Shown: one piece after another, positions 25,897 to 33,990 of the stretch
Layout of the letters: every line of letters begins with the position of its first letter
How positions within the stretch are numbered: the first letter of the stretch is position 1
Origin: Synergistaceae bacterium
GTDB lineage: Bacteria > Synergistota > Synergistia > Synergistales > 79-D21
Length of the DNA: 40,354 nucleotides
Assembly: GCA_029267465.1 (NCBI GenBank)
Contig: JAJUIT010000003.1
Location: forward strand, 1 to 40,354
Reading direction: 5' to 3'
Translations under genes and position numbers: made by a program
Notes under the pieces: model-generated
The model's input: the letters and a program-made list of their open reading frames with translations, nothing else
What the model was told of the DNA's origin: nothing
Database searches by the model: none

Positions 25897-26325
25897 GTGA
25901 GAGAAAAACGCAGAAGCGGTTTCACCCTTGTGGAGATTCTCGTCGTGGTGGTGATCCTGGGGCTGCTGGCCACCCTGGTGGTCCCCCGGGTTGTGGGAAG
26001 GGGAGAAGAAGCCAAGCGAACCGCGGCCCTCGTGCAGATCCGGTCAATCGAGCAGGCCCTGGAACTCTACAAGCTCGATAACGGCTTCTACCCCTCCACG
26101 GAGCAGGGACTCGAGGCCCTCGTGACGCGGCCTTCAGGAACGCCTGAACCGCAGAATTACCGGGACGGCGGCTACATGAAGAAGATCCCCCTGGATCCCT
26201 GGGGGCGGCCGTACATCTACCGCTGCCCGGGAGAACACGGGGAAACGGACATCCTCTCCCTCGGCCCGGACGGAGAGGAAGGCGGGGAAGGAAAGAACCG
26301 GGACATTACCAACTGGGAGGAATGA
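25897..26325 (+). CDS. gspG: Type II secretion major pseudopilin GspG
   Basis: AAGGAGG RBS before GTG 25897. GFTLVEILVVVVILGLLA, ALELYKLDNGFYPSTEQGLEALV, DPWGRPYIY, SLGPDG, DITNW. Confidence 0.96.
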   Translation: MREKRRSGFTLVEILVVVVILGLLATLVVPRVVGRGEEAKRTAALVQIRSIEQALELYKLDNGFYPSTEQGLEALVTRPSGTPEPQNYRDGGYMKKIPLDPWGRPYIYRCPGEHGETDILSLGPDGEEGGEGKNRDITNWEE

Positions 26326-26363
26326 TTCCTCCCAAGAAAAGGCTAGCCTCTTTTCTGGTGTTT

Positions 26364-27311
26364 TCAGCGCTGGATTGAGATTCCCAGCAACCAGACCCAG
26401 GCGGGGATCGAAACCACGGAGAAAAGGGTGCTGGCCACGATGACTTTCGCCGCGTACTCTGCATCCATCCCCAATGAATCCGCGATCACGAAATTGTTGA
26501 CGGCCGCGGGCATGGCGCAAACCAGCACGACAGCCTGCAAGACCGACCGCTCCACCGGCCAGGGAAGAAACGCCAGCCAGACGATTGCCGGCGAAAGGAA
26601 AAGCCGAACCAGGACATCGGCCCATGTCCGTGAAATAACCTCGAAGAGATGTTCGACCTTCAGGGAGGCCCCCAGTGCAATCAAGGCCACGCCGCTGGCC
26701 ATCCCCCCGGTGATCTTCAGCGCTTCGTCCAGCGCTTCCGGCAGGCTGCCCACCCCCGAAAGCGCCAGGGCGACTCCGGCTATGCAGGAAAGGAGAAGGG
26801 GATTTCTGGAAAGCCCAAAGACCGTTTTTTTCAGGGAATCGCGGCTGATCCCGCCGGATACGGCCACCTGGGCCCAGGTCAGGGTGATGAGGTGGTACCC
26901 TACCATGCACACGGCGAAGAAAAGCCCGAGGGCCCTGGCGCCGACATCCCCCATCGCCAGGGTAACGGCCGGAATTCCCATGTAAACGTTGTTCGAGCGG
27001 ACGGAAACGAGAACCGAAACGGCGCGCCGGCGTGGGTCCTTGTGGTAGAGGGAAGCCAGCAGCCAGGCGACCGCCGGAGTCAGGATGAACGAAAGATGAA
27101 CGGCCAGGAAAAGATTCGGTGAGGAAAAGGCATCCTTTCCAACGGACAGGGTGGATCGGAACAGCAGGGCCGGAAGGCCGATCCAATACAAAAGATCGTT
27201 CAGCTGGGAAATGCTTTCCTCTCGAATGAGGCCCCTCCTCCGGGCGATCCACCCCGCCGCCATCACGAGGACCAGGGGAGCCACGATCTTGATTCCGTGC
27301 AAGAGACTCAC
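26364..27311 (-). CDS. AEC (auxin efflux carrier / malate permease-like) family transporter
   Basis: About 10 TM segments. LPALLF, SNNVYMGIP, NPLL, LIALG, MPAAVN, STLFSVVSIP. Confidence 0.9.
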   Translation of the reverse strand: MSLLHGIKIVAPLVLVMAAGWIARRRGLIREESISQLNDLLYWIGLPALLFRSTLSVGKDAFSSPNLFLAVHLSFILTPAVAWLLASLYHKDPRRRAVSVLVSVRSNNVYMGIPAVTLAMGDVGARALGLFFAVCMVGYHLITLTWAQVAVSGGISRDSLKKTVFGLSRNPLLLSCIAGVALALSGVGSLPEALDEALKITGGMASGVALIALGASLKVEHLFEVISRTWADVLVRLFLSPAIVWLAFLPWPVERSVLQAVVLVCAMPAAVNNFVIADSLGMDAEYAAKVIVASTLFSVVSIPAWVWLLGISIQR

Positions 27312-27341
27312 CGCCGTTTCCAGGTTGCGCCGCCACCGACT

Positions 27342-27366
27342 ATTCTACCCCACCTTGCGGTAGACT
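27342..27366. promoter_or_regulatory. Possible back-to-back -10 elements in the 67-bp divergent spacer
   Basis: TAGAAT on - (27347-27342) and TAGACT on + (27361-27366), forming TCTACC-N9-GGTAGA. No convincing -35 boxes. Confidence 0.3.
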
Positions 27367-27378
27367 AAGGGTGAAGAG

Positions 27379-29658
27379 GTGATCGGAACGGTGCTGCGCA
27401 AACCCCGGAAGAAAATCGAAGAGCTGCTGAAATGGATTGAATCCCGTCCCGGCGAGGTGGCCGTGTGGAGAACCTTTCCCCCCCAGCCTCCCACTTTCGG
27501 GACATGGCCAACCCTGGACGCCCGCCTGATGAATGCCCTGGCCTTGCGGGGGATTCAACGGCCCTACGTTCACCAGGCCGAGGCCATGGACGCGGCCCTC
27601 CGGGGCAAAAGCGTGGTGGTCGTCACCCCGACGGCCTCGGGCAAAACCCTTTGCTACAACGTGCCGGTCGTCCAGTCGATCCTCGAGAACCCCGCCTCCC
27701 GGGCCCTGTACCTCTTCCCGACGAAAGCCCTGAGCCAGGACCAGCTTGCGGAGCTCTACGCCCTGCTGGAGGCCGTTGAAGCCGACATCGCCTGCTTTAC
27801 CTACGACGGGGACACCGCCCCCAGCGCCCGGGCAAAAGTCCGGACCGCGGGGCACATCGTGATCACGAACCCCGACATGCTCCACACGGGGATCCTTCCC
27901 CATCACACGAAGTGGGTCAAGCTTTTCGAGAACCTCCGCTACGTCGTCCTCGACGAGATGCACGGCTACCGGGGGGTGTTCGGTTCCCACCTGGCGAACG
28001 TGATCCGCCGCCTGAAGAGAATCTGCGCTTTCTACGGCTCCAGCCCCACGTTCATCTGCTCCTCGGCCACCATTTCCAACCCCCGTGAACTGGCGGAAGC
28101 GCTCCTGGAGGAACCGGTGGAGCTGGTCACAAGAAACGGGGCCCCCAGGGACGAGAAACACATCCTGATCCAGAATCCTCCGCTGGTGAACCGGTCCATG
28201 GGGATCCGGGGCTCCTCCCTGGACGAGACCGCTGCCATCGCCACTGAAGCTTTGGCCAACAACATCAGCACGATCGTGTTCACCCGAAGCCGGACGAACG
28301 TGGAGCTGCTTTTGCACCGAATCCGGACGAGCCTGAAGGCGCGGTCCCTCCCCGAAAACCAGGTCGCGGGCTACCGGGGCGGCTACCTCCCCAACGAGCG
28401 CAGGGCCATCGAGAAGGGACTCCGGAGCGGGCAGATCCGGGGCGTCGTCAGCACGAACGCCCTGGAGCTGGGGATCGACATCGGCTCCCTTGAGCTCGCG
28501 GTTCTCCACGGCTACCCGGGAAGCATCGCCTCGGCCTGGCAGCAGATGGGACGGGCAGGAAGGCGCCAGGGAACCTCCGCGGCCGTGCTTGTGGCCTCGT
28601 CTTTCGCCCTGGACCAGTTTTTGGCCTCCCAGCCCTCCTATTTCTTCGGCGCCTCTCCCGAGCGTGCGCGGGTGAATCCGGACAACCTCTACATCCTGGT
28701 GAACCACGTCAAGTGCGCCGCGTTCGAGCTCCCCTTCCGGGAAAAGGACCTCTTCGGAAAGGCGGAAGTTTCCGAAATCCTGGAATACCTTGAAGAACAG
28801 CGCGTCCTCCACCGGGCCGAAGGCCGATACCACTGGCAGGCGGATTCGTTTCCTGCCGAGGGATTTTCCCTCCGCAGCGCCACCAGCGAGAACGTTGTCA
28901 TTCTCGATGTTTCCGATCCGGCGCGGCACACCGTGGTGGGAGAAGTGGACCGGCCCAGCGCTCCCATGCTGGTCCACCCGGAAGCCATCTACTTCCACGG
29001 GGCGAAGGCCTACCAGGTCCTGGAGCTGGATTTTAAAGGCATGAGGGCGCTCGTCAAGCCGGTGGAAGCGGAATATTACACGGATGCGGACCTGGCCGTC
29101 CGCCTCGAGGTCCTCGATGAATTTGAGCACGCCGAACCCTGGGGATGGGGGGAAGTCCTCTTTGCCTCGCGGCCCACGGTGTACAAGAAAATCCGCCTCT
29201 CCACCCAGGAGAACGTGGGATACGGGCACATCCACCTGGACGAGGAGCAGATGCACACCACCGGGGCCTGGCTGACGCTGCCGGACAGCCTTTCCTGGGA
29301 AAGCTGGGGACCGGACAGGAAGAGTTCCGCCCTTGCCGGACTGGCCCATCTCCTTCGGGCCACGGCCCCCTTGTTCCTGATGTGCGACCGTGGGGATCTC
29401 CAGGTACACGGCATGGTGAGGGATCCCCACTTCGAGAGGCCAACCCTTTACCTGGCCGACAACTTCCCCGGAGGAGTCGGACTGGCCGAGGCCGCCTTCA
29501 CTCTCCGCAAGGCCCTGCTCGATTCCGCCTGGGAGGCTCTCGTTTCCTGCCCGTGCGAAAAGGGCTGCCCGGCCTGCGTTGGGGCCTTGGGTTCGCAGAT
29601 CGGTTCCAAGGAAGCTACCCGGGCGCTTCTTTCCTCCCTAAGGGGGATCCCCGCTTGA
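27379..29658 (+). CDS. DEAD/DEAH-box helicase with C-terminal DUF1998 (MrfA/YprA/Hrq1-like)
   Basis: TPTASGKT, FPTKALSQDQ, TNPDMLH, DEMH, SATISNP, STNALELGIDIG, QQMGRAGRR, C-terminal CPCEKGCPAC. Confidence 0.93.
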   Translation: MIGTVLRKPRKKIEELLKWIESRPGEVAVWRTFPPQPPTFGTWPTLDARLMNALALRGIQRPYVHQAEAMDAALRGKSVVVVTPTASGKTLCYNVPVVQSILENPASRALYLFPTKALSQDQLAELYALLEAVEADIACFTYDGDTAPSARAKVRTAGHIVITNPDMLHTGILPHHTKWVKLFENLRYVVLDEMHGYRGVFGSHLANVIRRLKRICAFYGSSPTFICSSATISNPRELAEALLEEPVELVTRNGAPRDEKHILIQNPPLVNRSMGIRGSSLDETAAIATEALANNISTIVFTRSRTNVELLLHRIRTSLKARSLPENQVAGYRGGYLPNERRAIEKGLRSGQIRGVVSTNALELGIDIGSLELAVLHGYPGSIASAWQQMGRAGRRQGTSAAVLVASSFALDQFLASQPSYFFGASPERARVNPDNLYILVNHVKCAAFELPFREKDLFGKAEVSEILEYLEEQRVLHRAEGRYHWQADSFPAEGFSLRSATSENVVILDVSDPARHTVVGEVDRPSAPMLVHPEAIYFHGAKAYQVLELDFKGMRALVKPVEAEYYTDADLAVRLEVLDEFEHAEPWGWGEVLFASRPTVYKKIRLSTQENVGYGHIHLDEEQMHTTGAWLTLPDSLSWESWGPDRKSSALAGLAHLLRATAPLFLMCDRGDLQVHGMVRDPHFERPTLYLADNFPGGVGLAEAAFTLRKALLDSAWEALVSCPCEKGCPACVGALGSQIGSKEATRALLSSLRGIPA

Positions 29659-30845
29659 GCGACCGGATGTCGAGACTGCGCCGGATGATGGGACCCCCGG
29701 CAGAGGAGAGGGAAACCCTCAAGCCGGAAAGCGTTTCGAATCTCCCGGAGGGAGGAACGTGGGCGGCCCCCGGCGTGTATGTCCTGGAAACCTCCCACCC
29801 GCTTGAAGAGCCTTACGGTGCCGCCACCTTGGCCGGACTTCCCCTCGCCGCCGAACGGCTTTCCCCCTGGGGAGGGGCGAACCCGCCCTGTTTCCTGGAC
29901 CTGGAAACGACCGGACTGGCGGGAGGGACGGGAACCTACGCGTTCCTCGCGGGAATCGGGACGCTGGAGGGCCCTTTCCTGGCCGTCCGGCAGGTGTTCC
30001 TCCTGAGCCCCTCCAGGGAGACGGAATGGCTTGAAACCGTGGACCGGCTCATCCCCCGCAAGGCCGGTTTCGTCACCTACAACGGCCGCCGGTTCGACCT
30101 GCCGCTGCTGCAGACGCGGGCGATCCTCTCCAGGAGAGGGCCCTTCCGCCCGGGAAGCGCCCACTTGGACCTTCTTGGCATCGCCCGGAGCCTTTGGAGG
30201 TGCAGCCTGCCTTCTTGCAGGCTCGGGGAGGTGGAGCGGTCCATCCTGAAGGTCCAAAGGGAAGCCGAGGACGTCCCCGGCTGGCAGATCCCTTCTCTTT
30301 ACGCGGAATTCCTCCGAACGAAAGACGCGGCCCCCCTGGCCGGCGTCTTTCTCCACAACCGCCTGGACATCCTCTCCCTGGCGGCCCTCAAAACCCACCT
30401 GGGAAGGATCCTGGCAGGAGAAATCGACCGCGGACAGGAATGCCTGCTCGCCGGGGACCTCTGGGCCGCCCGGGGAGAGTGGGAGAAAGCAGTGAAGTTC
30501 TGGACGAACGCCCTGGAGGGTTCCGAAAGCCACGGAGAAGCGCTGCTGCGCCTGGCCTCCCGGGCTAAGGCGGAAAGACGCTGGGAGACGGCCGTTGAAC
30601 TCTGGGAACAGTCCCGGGAAGCCTGCCGCTCTTCCCTTTCTGTCCTGGAGGAACTGGCCAAGGCCTACGAGCACCGGCTAAACCGGCTCGAGGATGCCCT
30701 CTCCCGGGCCGAGGAAGGTCTCCGGCACCTGGACTCCCGAAGGGGGCTCAAGGGCGTCGCCTGGCTTCCGGAAAGGCAGGCATGGCTTCACCGGATTGCA
30801 CGACTGAAGAAAAAAATTGATGCGCAAAAGGTGAACTTTCGGTAA
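29655..30845 (+). CDS. RNase H-like DEDD exonuclease with C-terminal TPR-like helices (MrfB/YprB-like)
   Basis: AGGGGGA RBS, TTG 29655 overlapping the helicase stop. FLDLETTGL, TYNGRRFDLP, HLDLL, HNRLDILSL, ELAKAYEH. Confidence 0.88.
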   Translation: MSDRMSRLRRMMGPPAEERETLKPESVSNLPEGGTWAAPGVYVLETSHPLEEPYGAATLAGLPLAAERLSPWGGANPPCFLDLETTGLAGGTGTYAFLAGIGTLEGPFLAVRQVFLLSPSRETEWLETVDRLIPRKAGFVTYNGRRFDLPLLQTRAILSRRGPFRPGSAHLDLLGIARSLWRCSLPSCRLGEVERSILKVQREAEDVPGWQIPSLYAEFLRTKDAAPLAGVFLHNRLDILSLAALKTHLGRILAGEIDRGQECLLAGDLWAARGEWEKAVKFWTNALEGSESHGEALLRLASRAKAERRWETAVELWEQSREACRSSLSVLEELAKAYEHRLNRLEDALSRAEEGLRHLDSRRGLKGVAWLPERQAWLHRIARLKKKIDAQKVNFR

Positions 30846-30893
30846 AATAAACCATATCGTCCCGCTCTTTTTCAGGAAAAGGAGGAACAAGCC

Positions 30894-32276
30894 ATGGACG
30901 TACCGTCTCATATCTTCAGGGAATACGACATTCGCGGACTGGCGGAGGAGGAACTGAACACCAGGAACGTACGGGCGATCGGGCACGCTTTCGGGACGAT
31001 CCTCCGAAGAAACGGCGTCAGGCTCGCCACCGTCGGCGGCGATGTCCGGGCCTCATCCCCCCGCATCATGGCCGACATCACCTGGGGACTGAATGCGGCG
31101 GGCCTGGATGTCACCGATCTCGGGACCGTGATGACACCGACCTTCTATTACAGCCTCTATTCGGAAGGCGTGGGCGGCGGGGTCATGGTGACCGGGAGCC
31201 ACAACCCCAAGGAGTTCAACGGGTTGAAGCTGGCTCTCGGAAAGGCCACCCTCTGGGGCCCGGAGATCCAGGAAGTCCTCTCCATCATCCGAAGTGACGG
31301 GTTCTTCACCGCCCCCAGGCCGGGCAGCGTTGGGCACGCCGACATCAAGCCCGCCTACCTCGACATGCTGGCTCAGCGCCTGAAGCTGGGTCCCCGCAGG
31401 CTCAAGGTCGTCGCCGACGCGGGGAACGGTACCGCCTCCCTCTTCATCGAACCCTTCCTCAGGCAGCTGGGGGTCGAATACACCCTGCTGTACGCAATCC
31501 CTGACGGCCGCTTCCCCAACCACCACCCCGACCCGGTCAAGCGGGAAAACCTCGCGGACCTGATCCGGACAGTCCGGGAAACAGGGGCCGACCTGGGGAT
31601 CGGCTTCGACGGGGACGCGGACCGGCTGGGTGTGGTCGACGAAAAAGGCGAGGTCATCTGGGGGGACATCCTGATGGCCCTCTACTGGCAGGAGATCCTC
31701 CCCAAGCACCCGGGGGCGGAGGCCATCGTGGAGGTCAAATCCTCCCAGGCGCTCGTGGACGAAATCGTGCGCCTGGGCGGCAAGCCCGTGTTCTGGAAAG
31801 CCGGGCACTCCCTCATCAAGGCGAAGATGCGGGAAATCGGGGCCCTTTTCGCAGGGGAGGTTTCCGGACACATGTTCTTCGCCGACGAGTTCTTCGGCTT
31901 CGATGACTCGTTCTATGCGGCAGGGAGACTGATGCGCATCCTCTCCAACACGGACAAGTCTCTTTCGGAACTCGTCGCACCGATCCCCCGCTATTACAGC
32001 ACGGCCGAAACGAGGATCAACTGCCCCGACGAGATCAAGTTCGGGGTCATCGATTCCATCCGGGAGACGGTCCTGAAGGAGTACGAGGCCATCACGGTGG
32101 ACGGGGTCCGGATCATCTACCCAGAGGGGTGGGGACTCGTCAGGGCGAGCAACACCCAGCCCGTCATCGTGGCCCGGGTCGAGGGGCGCACTCCCGAAGC
32201 TCTTGAAGCCTACATGGCCGATCTCAAGGCGCGGATCCTCTCAGCGGGGGTCGGCGAATTCGAATGGGAGTTCTAG
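30894..32276 (+). CDS. Phosphomannomutase/phosphoglucomutase
   Basis: IFREYDIRG, TGSHNP (phospho-Ser), FDGDADR (metal), GEVSGH, LVRASNTQP. AAGGAGG RBS. Confidence 0.96.
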   Translation: MDVPSHIFREYDIRGLAEEELNTRNVRAIGHAFGTILRRNGVRLATVGGDVRASSPRIMADITWGLNAAGLDVTDLGTVMTPTFYYSLYSEGVGGGVMVTGSHNPKEFNGLKLALGKATLWGPEIQEVLSIIRSDGFFTAPRPGSVGHADIKPAYLDMLAQRLKLGPRRLKVVADAGNGTASLFIEPFLRQLGVEYTLLYAIPDGRFPNHHPDPVKRENLADLIRTVRETGADLGIGFDGDADRLGVVDEKGEVIWGDILMALYWQEILPKHPGAEAIVEVKSSQALVDEIVRLGGKPVFWKAGHSLIKAKMREIGALFAGEVSGHMFFADEFFGFDDSFYAAGRLMRILSNTDKSLSELVAPIPRYYSTAETRINCPDEIKFGVIDSIRETVLKEYEAITVDGVRIIYPEGWGLVRASNTQPVIVARVEGRTPEALEAYMADLKARILSAGVGEFEWEF

Positions 32277-32278
32277 CC

Positions 32279-33025
32279 ATGACGCGGATCGTGGCGTTCA
32301 ACGGAAGCCCCCGGGGGAAAAACAGCCGCACCCAGATCCTGGTCGAGGCCTTCCTGGAGGGAGCCCGAAGGGCCGGGGCGGAAACTGAGACAGTCTTTCT
32401 GGCGGAACACTCGATTCTCCCCTGCGACGAGTGCATGAGCTGCCGCGTTTTGAACAACGGGGGAGAATGTGCAAGGGGGGACGAAGGTCCGGCCCTGCTG
32501 GAAAAGGCGCTGAATGCCGACACGGTCCTGTTTGCCACTCCGCTGATCATGGATTCCATGTCCGGGATCCTGAAGACGTTCCTCGAACGATGGCTGCCCC
32601 TCGTCGACAGCCGCTTCCAGGCCCGGCACGGCCAGGGGACGATGCCGGGCAGGGCTGCCCGCATCCCCGACTGGATCATTCTTTCCACGTGCAGCTTCCC
32701 GGAGCAATTCCACTTCCAGGCCATGAGCCGCACCTTCCGGGAGCTCTCGAAGCGGTTCGGCAACCGCATCGCCGCGGAAATCTACCGGGGAGAGGCGGAT
32801 CTTTTCGGCCGTCTCGGACAGATGTCCCACCCCGAAGTCCTTGAGCCTTACCTGGACCTGGTGAGATCCGCGGGATCCGAATTCGTGAAAAACGGGGGCC
32901 TTTCGGCGGACACCGCGGAACTCCTCGACCGGCCGCTCATCCCTTACGAACAGTACGTTGCGGAGGGAAACGCGGCCTGGGACCGGATTCTGGAAGGAAC
33001 CTGCCGGATCGACGAAACCCCCTGA
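32279..33025 (+). CDS. Flavodoxin-fold NAD(P)H-dependent FMN reductase / iron-sulfur flavoprotein (Isf-like)
   Basis: FNGSPRGKNSRT, CDECMSC-x7-C, FATPL, LKTFLER. Start taken at ATG 32279. Confidence 0.85.
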   Translation: MTRIVAFNGSPRGKNSRTQILVEAFLEGARRAGAETETVFLAEHSILPCDECMSCRVLNNGGECARGDEGPALLEKALNADTVLFATPLIMDSMSGILKTFLERWLPLVDSRFQARHGQGTMPGRAARIPDWIILSTCSFPEQFHFQAMSRTFRELSKRFGNRIAAEIYRGEADLFGRLGQMSHPEVLEPYLDLVRSAGSEFVKNGGLSADTAELLDRPLIPYEQYVAEGNAAWDRILEGTCRIDETP

Positions 33026-33056
33026 GTTCCCGGGGACCCCTTGCCCCCCCGCTTCA

Positions 33057-33065
33057 TGGTATACT
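33057..33065 (+). promoter_or_regulatory. Extended -10 promoter element
   Basis: TGGTATACT (TGn + TATACT), about 35 bp upstream of the EamA start. Confidence 0.5.
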
Positions 33066-33099
33066 TGTGGGCACGATTCCAGGATCGGGGGGAACAGGT

Positions 33100-33990
33100 G
33101 TGGCCTCAGCCCGAACGCGGATCCTGATTGCCGACGCCGGCATGCTGTTTGTTGCTGCCCTCTGGGGTGTCGGCTACCCGGTGAGCGATGCCCTCCTTGG
33201 TCGGATCGGCCCTCTCTGGCTTTTGGCCCTGCGCTTTTCCGCGACATCGGCGATTCTTCTGGCCCTGTTCGGCTCCCGGCTGAAACGGCTTGACCGCAGG
33301 CAGTTCCTCCATGCCTCGGGCGTGGGGCTCGTCCTGGCAGCCACCTACATCCTTCACATCTACGGACTGGTCTACACCACCGGGGGGAAGCAGGCCTTTA
33401 TCGTCGGGACAAACGTCGTCATGGTTCCCTTTCTCATGGCCCTGCTCTACAGGAAATGGCCTGGCTGGATCGCCGTTTCGGCCGCTTCGGTCACTACGGC
33501 CGGACTTTTGATCATGGCCTTCTCCCCCAATATCTCCCTGAACCTCGGCGATGCGATTTCCCTCGCCCTGGCCCTTCTGGTCGCCATCCAGGTCATCTTT
33601 GTCGGCTACTGCGCCCGGCGCATGGATCCCATCGCCCTCGCCTCCGTCCAGATGCTCGTGACCTGCGCCTGTCTCCTGCCGCTTGCGCTGCTTCTCGAAC
33701 CCTTTCCCTCCGCGGCGGCGCTGGGACAATCCTGGAAAGGAATCCTGTTTTTGGCTGCCGGTCCCACGGTGTTTGCCTTCGTGGTGCAAAGCCTGGCCCA
33801 GCGGCACGCCCCGGAGACCCATGCCGCCATCCTCCTGGCGATGGAAAGCCCCTTCGGTTACCTCGTTTCGATCGCCATGGGCATTGACACCTGGAGCCTG
33901 CAGTTTGCAGCGGGGGGCACCCTGATCCTGGCGGGAGTCTTCCTCTCCGAGTGGGAAACCTACCGGAAGAAAGGAACAGGCATTCCATGA
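33100..33990 (+). CDS. DMT/EamA family transporter
   Basis: Ten-TM two-repeat pattern (LWGVGY, LALRF, GLVYTT, GDAISL, QSLAQR, ESPF). GTG 33100 with GGGGGGA RBS; the ORF extends to 33067. Confidence 0.88.
   Translation: MASARTRILIADAGMLFVAALWGVGYPVSDALLGRIGPLWLLALRFSATSAILLALFGSRLKRLDRRQFLHASGVGLVLAATYILHIYGLVYTTGGKQAFIVGTNVVMVPFLMALLYRKWPGWIAVSAASVTTAGLLIMAFSPNISLNLGDAISLALALLVAIQVIFVGYCARRMDPIALASVQMLVTCACLLPLALLLEPFPSAAALGQSWKGILFLAAGPTVFAFVVQSLAQRHAPETHAAILLAMESPFGYLVSIAMGIDTWSLQFAAGGTLILAGVFLSEWETYRKKGTGIP

Noticed and set aside
16299-26325. Type IV pilus or competence locus
   Set aside because: GspG-specific motifs, GspK, GspC-PDZ and an N0-type secretin are present, and there is no PilT or PilM.
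26314-26334. Hairpin TGGGAGGAA-TGA-TTCCTCCCA with the gspG stop in its loop, as possible recoding or selenocysteine signal
   Set aside because: GspG already ends at its normal DITNW terminus, and a bacterial SECIS lies downstream of the UGA, not around it. More likely part of the terminator region between convergent genes.
29145-29654. N-terminal 170 aa of the 566-aa ORF in the track
   Set aside because: It overlaps the helicase in another frame. The real start is TTG 29655 with an RBS.
30817-30848. TTGATG...TAAAAT promoter upstream of PMM/PGM
   Set aside because: The 20-bp spacing is too long. The -10 may be real, but I cannot support the full promoter.
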